NCBI GenBank assembly: GCA_028286785.1 | Contig: JAQBQX010000005.1 | Coordinates: 1-35,069 of the forward strand | From: Candidatus Adlerbacteria bacterium | GTDB lineage: Bacteria; Patescibacteriota; Minisyncoccia; Phycocordibacterales; SBAW01 | DNA: 35,069 nt | Direction: 5' to 3' | Shown: positions 16,973 through 23,843 of the stretch, in pieces | Numbering within the stretch: the first letter of the stretch is position 1 | Layout of the letters: every line of letters begins with the position of its first letter | The notes under the pieces: generated by a model | The model's input: the letters and a program-made list of their open reading frames with translations, nothing else | The model's database searches: none | Told to the model about the DNA's origin: nothing | Made by a program: the position numbers and the translations under genes

Positions 16973-18106
16973 TTAGTATACCTCGGGAGCGAGTTCGACC
17001 TCGCGGTGTGTCATCAGTTTGCGGACAAATCGGCGCATGTTTGTCTTGGCAACAGCGATAATCTTGTCCCCACCGCCGTAGTACACAAGCAAGTCGTCGC
17101 CCATGATAACCGCACCGCACGCGTATACCACGCCTGGTTTGCCGTCGTTCTCGTACCATTTTTCCGGCTCGAGTATCGGGTTATCAGAGCGAAAGAGAAT
17201 ATGCTCCGGATGCTCAAGGTCCAGAAGCATGGCGCCCACTTTGTATTTGTTAGGGTCGTGCATATCCATGGCGTGGTACAGAAGCAACCATCCAAACGGC
17301 GTCTTGATAGGTGGTGGTCCCGCACCGCGCACCCAACTGTCCCAATTGTCTTGGCGGCCTGCTTTTTTGTATTCGCTTTCGATAAACGTATTGCCGTCAA
17401 ACTGGTCGAGCGAATCGATATACGCGATATGTATCTCTGGCGAGACGCTATGCAACAGCGCATATTTGCCGTGGATTTTCTCTGGGAAAAAGACCCAATT
17501 TTTATTGATTTCGTTCGGCTTAGACATCAGAGCTGGACGCTTCCAAGTAAAGTTATGCGCCAATAGCTCGGGGAGCGGCATCGAGGTTACTGCCATACGC
17601 ACAAAGCCCCAGCCGTCGAAGGCGACAAAGGTCATAACGGCAGTGTTGCCGATGATGACCAAACGAGGATCTTCGGCGCCGCCCCATCCGCCGCCGGATG
17701 GGTACACAACGGTGTTGTACGACAATGGCCCCCAACGTTTGTCCGGGTGAGGGAGACCGATCTGTGATGCAGAAAGCGTATTTCCGAAACCGCGCACTGG
17801 TGTATACACCGGCTCGGCTAATCGTTCGTCAAAATGTATGCCGTCGAGGCTCGAGGCGTATCCGATGCGCGATATACCGTCGTGTCCCATGGCGCGGTAG
17901 AGCATGTGCACGCGACCTCCTGCATACACTGCAGCCGGGTTAAAGACCGCCTCGCTTTCCCAGGGGTGGGAGGCAACAGGGGACAAGATCGGGTTGTTGT
18001 CGCCGCGGCTCAAGCGCAATGGGCGATTGACCTCTCGTATCCAATACCAGATAAGAAGGAGAAAGATAATCCCCAACACAATACCGATCACAATCCCAAG
18101 TATCAT
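16973..18106 (-). CDS. GH130 family protein with N-terminal transmembrane anchor
   Basis: TM helix MILGIVIGIVLGIIFLLLIWYWI followed by RxxxRxxRxxR. Then NPILSP..HPWE..AVFNPAA, MLYRAMG, GAEDPRL, GWLLLYH, YYGGGD. Confidence 0.85.
   Translation of the reverse strand: MILGIVIGIVLGIIFLLLIWYWIREVNRPLRLSRGDNNPILSPVASHPWESEAVFNPAAVYAGGRVHMLYRAMGHDGISRIGYASSLDGIHFDERLAEPVYTPVRGFGNTLSASQIGLPHPDKRWGPLSYNTVVYPSGGGWGGAEDPRLVIIGNTAVMTFVAFDGWGFVRMAVTSMPLPELLAHNFTWKRPALMSKPNEINKNWVFFPEKIHGKYALLHSVSPEIHIAYIDSLDQFDGNTFIESEYKKAGRQDNWDSWVRGAGPPPIKTPFGWLLLYHAMDMHDPNKYKVGAMLLDLEHPEHILFRSDNPILEPEKWYENDGKPGVVYACGAVIMGDDLLVYYGGGDKIIAVAKTNMRRFVRKLMTHREVELAPEVY
16975..16980 (-). promoter_or_regulatory. TATACT 9 nt upstream of ATG 16965 (internal to the operon)
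   Basis: On the - strand: TATACT (16980..16975), aaaacaagt, ATG 16965. The hexamer overlaps the last codons and TAA of the upstream GH130 gene. Confidence 0.35.
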
Positions 18107-18465
18107 CAGGCAGAAGAAGCGCGGCCGTAGCGGTCGTCATAACGAATAATGTCATGTTCGTCGAACTCGCCAGTCGCTATTTCAAGAAATTGGATGCCGT
18201 CGGGACCTGCGGTGACGCGATGTTTGGTTCCTCGAGGTACGGAAAACGTGCTGCCTGGCTCGGTTGGAATCGACATGTCATTGAGCTCTACCGTTCCTGC
18301 TCCGGAAAGTACTTTCCAAAACTCATCGCGCTTGGTGTGGGACTGCAGGCTGAGTGCTTCGTTCGCGGTAACGGTGATTATTTTGACTGTCGCGTTTTCG
18401 TTGTGGGTAAAGCGTTCAAAATTGCCCCACGGGCGCTGTTCAGTATAGATATTCGATTGATCCAT
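18106..18465 (-). CDS. Stand-alone type II phosphomannose isomerase cupin domain protein
   Basis: RPWGNFERF...VKIITV...ALSLQSHTKRDEFWKVLSGAGTV...PRGTKHRV...EHDIIRYDDRYGR matches the C-terminal PMI cupin of ManC/AlgA-type enzymes. Its stop overlaps the next start by 1 nt (TGATG, 18108..18104). Confidence 0.85.
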   Translation of the reverse strand: MDQSNIYTEQRPWGNFERFTHNENATVKIITVTANEALSLQSHTKRDEFWKVLSGAGTVELNDMSIPTEPGSTFSVPRGTKHRVTAGPDGIQFLEIATGEFDEHDIIRYDDRYGRASSA

Positions 18466-18470
18466 ACCCC

Positions 18471-18476
18471 AGTATA
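18471..18476 (-). promoter_or_regulatory. -10 box TATACT 5 nt upstream of ATG 18465
   Basis: On the - strand: TATACT (18476..18471), ggggt, ATG 18465. No SD. Lies directly after the U-tract of the upstream terminator. Confidence 0.5.
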
Positions 18477-18480
18477 GAAC

Positions 18481-18537
18481 ATAAAAATGCCGAGGGGCCG
18501 CTTCCCCTGTATAAGTAGTGGGTAGCGGCCCCTCGGC
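18481..18537 (-). terminator. Long-stem rho-independent terminator of the two-component operon
   Basis: Perfect 14-bp stem GCCGAGGGGCCGCT (18489-18502) / AGCGGCCCCTCGGC (18524-18537), plus 3 more bp after one mismatch. ATTTTTAT follows on the - strand. Confidence 0.75.
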
Positions 18538-18686
18538 TAAGCTAGATGTTTATCCATAAGCTGATCCTCAGGCGTATAATCGTGTGTTTTTGCCCGCAAA
18601 GTACGCTCTCTACGTCTTCGCGTGTGATTACTCTACTAAATTGCTCTGAATGAGAGATGAATAGTGTTCTCTTCATCACACCAGGG

Positions 18687-19760
18687 TCATCTCTTCATAT
18701 CTAAACCCACGCGTGCTGCAGAAGGTTCCACACTATTGTGAGAAAAGTCGAGATTGATTTCGCTGCGCTTGTTTGCCTGGTTTGCGCTGTGGTGGCCAGG
18801 CATAGCGCCAGAGGGCAGCGCAACAGTAACTGTCGTGCCTTTACGCTTGGCGCTCTCGATGCGGATCTTGCCATGATGGATGCGCACAATGTCGTTAACG
18901 ATAGTGAGTCCAATGCCTGAGCCGGTCTTCTTTACGTTGCGCACACGCGAGGTATCTGCGCGATAAAACGGCTCAAAGATGTGCTGCAGGTCTTCCTCGG
19001 CAATGCCGATGCCGGTGTCTGCTACGGTAAGGATGATAGAGCCGTGGTAATCGGGCCCAATGTCGATAGACACGGTGCCGCCATTGTTTTTTGGCGTATA
19101 GGAAAGCGCATTTTTGATGAGGTTGGTTATCACTTGCTCCAAGGCTGTCGGGTTTCCTTGCACTGTGGCGTAAGAATCCTTTTTGACCGACATGCGGATG
19201 CCGCGCTCGCGAGCAAGAGCCATATGCTGTTCGACCACTTTGTCCAAAATAGGGCGCAGGTCGACATTGCCGAGCTTGATGCGCTCGGGTCGGGTCAGAG
19301 TGTCCAACGACAGCAAGTTGTTGATGATTTCGGAGATTCGGTCGAGCTCCACGACGATCTCATTGCACGTCTCTCGCACGTCAGAGCGAATCGCATCGTC
19401 CATCAAGAGCACCTCGGTCGAGGTCTTGATGGTGGAAAGCGGTGTTCGCAGTTCGTGGGCGACGTTCGAGATGAATATTTTCTGGTATCGCAAGCTGTTG
19501 CGGGTGGGGCGCAGCGTGTACTGCGCCATGATGAGCCCGAATATGGTCGCCAGCACGACAATTGACCCGAACGCAATCCATTGCGCGTTGGGATAACGCA
19601 ACGCCCAGAGCAGTGCCCCGATACACAGGGTCACCAGGCCAATCTGGAGCGTGACGATGTTAACGGTAGTCCTGAAAAACAGGTCAGACGTGTACCTCTC
19701 CCGCCAAGCGGTAGCCGACACCACGAACCGTTTCAAATAGTTGCTCGCTGCGGTCATCAT
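18687..19760 (-). CDS. Sensor histidine kinase, two-TM intramembrane-sensing type
   Basis: H-box SNVAHELRTPLS, N-box LIKNALSYTP, G-boxes DTGIGI and GSGIGL. Two TM helices are separated by only RYPNAQ. No HAMP or PAS domain. The only ATGs (19760, 19757) overlap the regulator gene by 74-77 nt. Confidence 0.88.
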   Translation of the reverse strand: MMTAASNYLKRFVVSATAWRERYTSDLFFRTTVNIVTLQIGLVTLCIGALLWALRYPNAQWIAFGSIVVLATIFGLIMAQYTLRPTRNSLRYQKIFISNVAHELRTPLSTIKTSTEVLLMDDAIRSDVRETCNEIVVELDRISEIINNLLSLDTLTRPERIKLGNVDLRPILDKVVEQHMALARERGIRMSVKKDSYATVQGNPTALEQVITNLIKNALSYTPKNNGGTVSIDIGPDYHGSIILTVADTGIGIAEEDLQHIFEPFYRADTSRVRNVKKTGSGIGLTIVNDIVRIHHGKIRIESAKRKGTTVTVALPSGAMPGHHSANQANKRSEINLDFSHNSVEPSAARVGLDMKR

Positions 19761-20373
19761 GTTGCAATTTTTTACGGAGATTTTTCATATGCACATCCAA
19801 TACGTTGCTCCACGAAAGGGAATTGAAGTCCCATACATGGTCAAACAGCTTCTCGCGCGACAGCACGGTGCCAGGCTCGCGCATAAAGCATTCCAACAGA
19901 GCGAACTCTTTCAGTGTCAGAGGAACTTCTGTACCCTCTTGGCGGACAACACGGGTTGATGTGTCCATTTCCAAATCGCCCACCTTGAGTATGACGGGCT
20001 GGGCGAGACTGGGTCGGCGTAGCACCGAGTTGATGCGCGCCAAAAGCTCTTCAAACGAGAAGGGTTTAACAATGTAGTCATCAGCCCCTTTGTTGAGCAG
20101 GTCTACCTTGTGTTCAGTTTCGTTGCGGGCGGTCAGGATGATGATCGGGGTGGTAACGTTTTCCTGACGCACTGACTCGGTGATAGTGGCGCCGTCTATA
20201 CCTGGGAGCATGAGGTCCAAGATAATAAGGTCGTATTCGTTGCGGTACAGCAAGATACGGTTGCGCGCTTTTTCGCTGTCGGACAGCCAATCTACGGCGA
20301 ATCCTTTGACCTCAAGGCCTTTTTTAAGGGCGCGGGCCAGCTTTTCTTCGTCCTCAACAATGAGAATGTGCAT
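19684..20373 (-). CDS. OmpR/PhoB-family response regulator
   Basis: Receiver domain (ILIVEDEE, DLIILDLMLPGIDG, KPF) plus winged-helix output domain (LTLKEFALLE, RGVGYRL). Confidence 0.93.
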   Translation of the reverse strand: MHILIVEDEEKLARALKKGLEVKGFAVDWLSDSEKARNRILLYRNEYDLIILDLMLPGIDGATITESVRQENVTTPIIILTARNETEHKVDLLNKGADDYIVKPFSFEELLARINSVLRRPSLAQPVILKVGDLEMDTSTRVVRQEGTEVPLTLKEFALLECFMREPGTVLSREKLFDHVWDFNSLSWSNVLDVHMKNLRKKLQHDDRSEQLFETVRGVGYRLAGEVHV

Positions 20374-20380
20374 AGTGATG

Positions 20381-20386
20381 CTTATA
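20381..20386 (-). promoter_or_regulatory. -10-like TATAAG 7 nt upstream of the regulator ATG
   Basis: On the - strand: TATAAG (20386..20381), catcact, ATG 20373. No SD. Confidence 0.35.
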
Positions 20387-20471
20387 TTAACACTTCATGT
20401 ATATTAGTTCGACTACCTTAGTATGGAATATACCACCTGTAGCATTCATGAAGAAATCGTCAGAAACGGTC

Positions 20472-20493
20472 AAAAAGTCCAGCAGCGTCTGGA
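20472..20493 (-). terminator. Weak candidate terminator after the PAP2-like gene
   Basis: TCCAG (20478-20482) / CTGGA (20489-20493), with CTTTTT following on the - strand. An alternative 6-bp hairpin GTCTGG (20487-20492) / CCAGAC (20499-20504) shares bases with it. Confidence 0.3.
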
Positions 20494-20501
20494 AAGCCCC
20501 A

Positions 20502-20542
20502 GACATAAGAGTGCCCTTATCCTGGACATAAGTGTGCCCTTA
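20502..20542. repeat. Tandem direct repeat, two 18-nt units with 23-nt period
   Basis: GACATAAGAGTGCCCTTA (20502-20519) and GACATAAGTGTGCCCTTA (20525-20542), 17/18 identical. Each unit contains an internal ATAAG-N6-CTTA(T/C) inverted repeat. Confidence 0.8.
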
Positions 20543-20544
20543 CA

Positions 20545-21186
20545 TTATTTCTCCGAGGTAAACAGAGCGTATTCTTCAGGAAAGAGCCAGATAAGCAAAT
20601 GGTAGATGCTATAGGTGATAAAGAAGGCGGACAGAACGTCTATCGAGTAGTGGAGGTGTCCCATGAGCACAATAACGCCAAAAAAGACTGATGCTGTAAG
20701 ATAGAAATATCGCAGAAACGGCTCTTTCCAAAAGGCCAAGGCGCCTAAAAAGGGTAGCCCGGTGTGGCCCGAGAAAAAGCGGTCGCCTCCAAAAAACAGC
20801 TTGCTTACGGCTGGGCCAAACTCACCAGAGGTGTAGGGCATAAAAGGCGCAATGTGGGTTAGCGACACAAAGATCGAGCGGATGAAGAAAAAGAGCGCGA
20901 CACCATAGAGCATCATAGGAAGGCGCTTGGGCTGCATGAGGCAGACAAACACAGTGATGATTGCTACAAGGAGGGTGCCGTAGACAAAGAGGGCGTCAAC
21001 ATTAAATATAGGGATATTTGAAAGGACAAGGTCCGTCACGGGGTTGCTGGCCCGGTCGGTGGCGTACTCGATTGCGTAAGTGTTAAGCACGAGGCTCAAC
21101 ATGAATAATCCTGCCGAAAGGACTAACGCGCGGATGTACGTATAGTCTGATAGGTGTAGCTTGTAGCGCTCAAGAACGGCTCGCAT
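20545..21186 (-). CDS. PAP2-superfamily (PAP2_C / sphingomyelin-synthase-like) membrane protein
   Basis: Six predicted TM helices. Lipid-phosphatase motifs C2 FFSGHTG and C3 GHLHYSIDV. Confidence 0.75.
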   Translation of the reverse strand: MRAVLERYKLHLSDYTYIRALVLSAGLFMLSLVLNTYAIEYATDRASNPVTDLVLSNIPIFNVDALFVYGTLLVAIITVFVCLMQPKRLPMMLYGVALFFFIRSIFVSLTHIAPFMPYTSGEFGPAVSKLFFGGDRFFSGHTGLPFLGALAFWKEPFLRYFYLTASVFFGVIVLMGHLHYSIDVLSAFFITYSIYHLLIWLFPEEYALFTSEK

Positions 21187-21195
21187 GTATACAAT

Positions 21196-21205
21196 AGTAT
21201 ATACT
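21196..21205. promoter_or_regulatory. 10-bp palindrome AGTATATACT forming back-to-back TATACT -10 boxes
   Basis: On the + strand, TATACT 21200-21205, gctttct, ATG 21213. On the - strand, TATACT 21201..21196, attgtatac, ATG 21186. The whole divergent intergenic region is only 26 nt. Confidence 0.5.
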
Positions 21206-21212
21206 GCTTTCT

Positions 21213-21824
21213 ATGAGTCTGGACACCATCATCCACCTGATAGAAACCTACAAGTACCTCATCCTTTTCCCGATAGCGGCGTTCGAGGGGCCAGTCACGG
21301 GCTTTATTGTGGGCATGCTCATCGCATTTGGCTACCTAAATCCGTATGTTTCGTACCTTGTTTTGGTAATGGGCGACCTTGTTCCCGACGCGGTCTATTA
21401 CTACATGGGCCGGTTCGGAGAAGCAAAGAGCATCATCCCGCGCTACTTTGCCAAGGTGGGGATAACCGAAGAGCACTTTGGGGCGGTGCGTTCACTATGG
21501 AAAAAGCATCCGGGTAAGACCATGTTTTTTAGCAAGTTGGCATACGGGCTTTCGACCCCGTTCCTTATTTCTGCTGGTCTTGTCGGTATGAAGCCGGGCA
21601 AATTCTTTCTGTATGCCCTGCCGGTCACCTTTGCACAATATGCCATTTTGATGGCGCTGGGTTACCACTTCAGCAGTTCGTTTGGAACTGTTGCGAATAT
21701 CTTTGCGAATATCCAATACGTCATTGGCGGCCTGGTTCTGGTGTTTATCGGGTACTACTTCCTTGCAAAATATATGCGCAAGCGCCTCTTGGCTGCAGAA
21801 AAGGAGGCAGAGGCCAAAGAGTAG
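21213..21824 (+). CDS. DedA/VTT-family membrane protein
   Basis: LILFPIAAFEGPVTGFIVG...VLVMGDLVPDAVYYYMGRFG, plus multiple TM helices. Confidence 0.85.
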   Translation: MSLDTIIHLIETYKYLILFPIAAFEGPVTGFIVGMLIAFGYLNPYVSYLVLVMGDLVPDAVYYYMGRFGEAKSIIPRYFAKVGITEEHFGAVRSLWKKHPGKTMFFSKLAYGLSTPFLISAGLVGMKPGKFFLYALPVTFAQYAILMALGYHFSSSFGTVANIFANIQYVIGGLVLVFIGYYFLAKYMRKRLLAAEKEAEAKE

Positions 21825-21826
21825 GG

Positions 21827-23008
21827 TTATTTTTTGTTCTCAATCGCGCTGCGGTAAATTTCTTCCCATTTTTGTGCGATTTTTTCGGGTGTGAAGCGCT
21901 GCACAAACGCTTGCGCGGCGGTACCCATATCATGACGCAGCGTATCTTCGCGTAACAGCTTAGTTAGTTTGTCGGCAAGCGCCATATGGTCCCCAGGCTC
22001 TACCAAAAAGCCCGCCTCGGGTGGCGTATAGTCCGGTAAGCCGCGCGCACGCGCGCATACGGCTGGCATGCCCGTTGCGTATGCTTGCATCAAGGAAATC
22101 GATTGGCTGTCGGAGGTCGACATAAATGCGAATACATCAGCCGCTTTGTATGTCTTGGCAAGGACGTCGCGCTCTAAAAAGCCCACAAACCGCATCGAGT
22201 TTGCCACACCGAGTCCGTCTGCCAGTTCGCGCAGATACGGCTCTGCGGCGCCATGGCCGGTCGCAATAAGGGTGGCGGTCGGGAATTTCTTTTTGAGTTC
22301 CGCAAAGCCGCGCACAACTACATCAACGCATTTTTCAATGCCAAGGCGCCCCACATACAGCACGACTGGGCCATCGAGCTTGAATTCTTGCTTGAGCAAT
22401 GCTTTTTCTTCGGCGCTGGGCGGCATAAAGGTCGCAAGCTCAACCGGGTTGGCGACCGCCGTGCCCGGCTTCTTGAATCCAACTTCGCGCATGCGCTCAA
22501 TAAGTGCCTGGTACGGCGCAGTCACAAAATCGCAGTGGTTGTAGTAGTGTGCGTCCCAATAGCGCATAAAAGCACGCGTGCCAAACGGAAAAAAGTCCTC
22601 GATCGCTGTATGGTTGGTGCCTATCAGCGGTACCCCAAATTTTTTAGCAGCCCGCTTTGCCTCAAAACCAACGCCATATGCGCTTTGCGTGTGGATGATG
22701 TCGGGCTTAAACTCTTTCAAAAAAGCAAAGCTCGCACCTGTCGGAAAAGCAAAGCGTGATTGTCCGGTTGGAGACAGTGGAAGCCGGACCGATCGCAATC
22801 GCACAACGGGCATGCCGTCGATATTTTCTTGCTCCTCAGCACTTGGAAAACGCTGCTTATTTTTATCATAATCTGGCTTGCTGTAGCGGGGTCCGACATA
22901 GCACACAGTGTGTCCGCGTTTGGTCAGTTCGCGGCCGGTGATAACAATAGTGTCCGCAATGCCCGAAAGCTCGGGGTACAAGTTATCGGAGAAAAAGGCG
23001 ATACGCAT
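21827..23008 (-). CDS. GT4-family (GT-B) glycosyltransferase
   Basis: N-terminal MRIAFFSDNLYPELSGIADTI. C-terminal Glycos_transf_1-like region (VLYVGRLGIEK...MQAYATGMPAV). Confidence 0.9.
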   Translation of the reverse strand: MRIAFFSDNLYPELSGIADTIVITGRELTKRGHTVCYVGPRYSKPDYDKNKQRFPSAEEQENIDGMPVVRLRSVRLPLSPTGQSRFAFPTGASFAFLKEFKPDIIHTQSAYGVGFEAKRAAKKFGVPLIGTNHTAIEDFFPFGTRAFMRYWDAHYYNHCDFVTAPYQALIERMREVGFKKPGTAVANPVELATFMPPSAEEKALLKQEFKLDGPVVLYVGRLGIEKCVDVVVRGFAELKKKFPTATLIATGHGAAEPYLRELADGLGVANSMRFVGFLERDVLAKTYKAADVFAFMSTSDSQSISLMQAYATGMPAVCARARGLPDYTPPEAGFLVEPGDHMALADKLTKLLREDTLRHDMGTAAQAFVQRFTPEKIAQKWEEIYRSAIENKK

Positions 23009-23020
23009 ATTAATACCGTA

Positions 23021-23809
23021 TTATTGCACGAAGTTTTTGATCTCGACCGCAAGCCTTTCTCGGTTGTTTAAGACTATGTTGTGGTTGGCGCCGTCGATCG
23101 CGACAAACTCTTCGCCTGAAAGTTTTTCAACAAGTGATATGGCATGTTCAAGTTCGACAAAGGTATCTTGGGTGCCGTGGATGATGAGGACCGGCATAGG
23201 AAGCTCTGTCCAGTCGCGGGAATAGTCTTTCGCAAACGCTGCCCTAAATACGTATATATATGAGCGCAGTCCCATGTTTGAAATGTCTTTGTATATACGG
23301 CGGATGCTAAAGTCCGGAGTCGGTATCGAAATAGTGCTGTAGTTGGTTCGACGGTCGCGATGCAAACGAGGAATAAGGGATGCGACCATGTTTCCCATGC
23401 GGACAAATAGTCGGGTCCAGGCAAAGTTTTGTATACCATGAATAGGGGCAAGCAATATTTTGTGGCTGAGCATGTGCGGGTATGTGCGGGCGAACTCCAT
23501 CGCGACAAGCGTGCCGAACGAGTGGCTGACCAAAACGCACTGGCTGATATGCAAATGCTCCAGCAGCGCCTTCAAATCTTCGAGGTGTTCGTCAAGCGCG
23601 TATCCGCTGCGCGATGGGCGAATAGAAAGCCCATGTCCGCGCAGGTCGTAGGTCACCATGTTGTACGTATTGCCAAATAGTTTTTCGTATCCTTCCCACG
23701 CCGAAAGGCTCCCTGAAAGTCCGTGCACAAACACAATAGTGCGCAACTCTGGCCGCATGTTGGTGTGTTGGTAGGCAATCCCGCGGCTTTTCAAAAAATC
23801 CTCTGTCAT
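23021..23809 (-). CDS. Alpha/beta-fold hydrolase
   Basis: Oxyanion VFVHGLSGS, nucleophile elbow VSHSFGT, C-terminal GANHNI. 12-nt gap to the GT4 gene. Confidence 0.88.
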   Translation of the reverse strand: MTEDFLKSRGIAYQHTNMRPELRTIVFVHGLSGSLSAWEGYEKLFGNTYNMVTYDLRGHGLSIRPSRSGYALDEHLEDLKALLEHLHISQCVLVSHSFGTLVAMEFARTYPHMLSHKILLAPIHGIQNFAWTRLFVRMGNMVASLIPRLHRDRRTNYSTISIPTPDFSIRRIYKDISNMGLRSYIYVFRAAFAKDYSRDWTELPMPVLIIHGTQDTFVELEHAISLVEKLSGEEFVAIDGANHNIVLNNRERLAVEIKNFVQ

Positions 23810-23817
23810 GTGGCTCC

Positions 23818-23823
23818 AGTATA
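23818..23823 (-). promoter_or_regulatory. -10 box TATACT 8 nt upstream of ATG 23809
   Basis: On the - strand: TATACT (23823..23818), ggagccac, ATG 23809. Confidence 0.45.
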
Positions 23824-23843
23824 CATGTGCTACGCTATGGGGA

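Noticed and set aside
18550-18558. DnaA-box-like TTATCCATA (8/9 match to TTATCCACA)
   Set aside because: It is a single isolated copy with no AT-rich unwinding element and no dnaA or dnaN nearby. It is not evidence for a replication origin.
20401-20420. tRNA-like T-loop sequence (AGTTCGACTACC) and other intergenic regions checked for tRNA or rRNA
   Set aside because: There is no complementary T-stem, acceptor stem or anticodon arm around it. No intergenic region in the window folds by eye into a cloverleaf.
20502-20542. CRISPR-like array
   Set aside because: There are only two repeat units, 18 nt long and separated by a 5-nt spacer. No cas genes are present. It is reported as a tandem direct repeat instead.
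20423-20605. 60-aa + strand ORF in the region upstream of the response regulator
   Set aside because: It overlaps the 3' end of the PAP2-like gene by 61 nt and runs across the direct repeats. It has no start signal or family resemblance, so I treat the region as regulatory instead.
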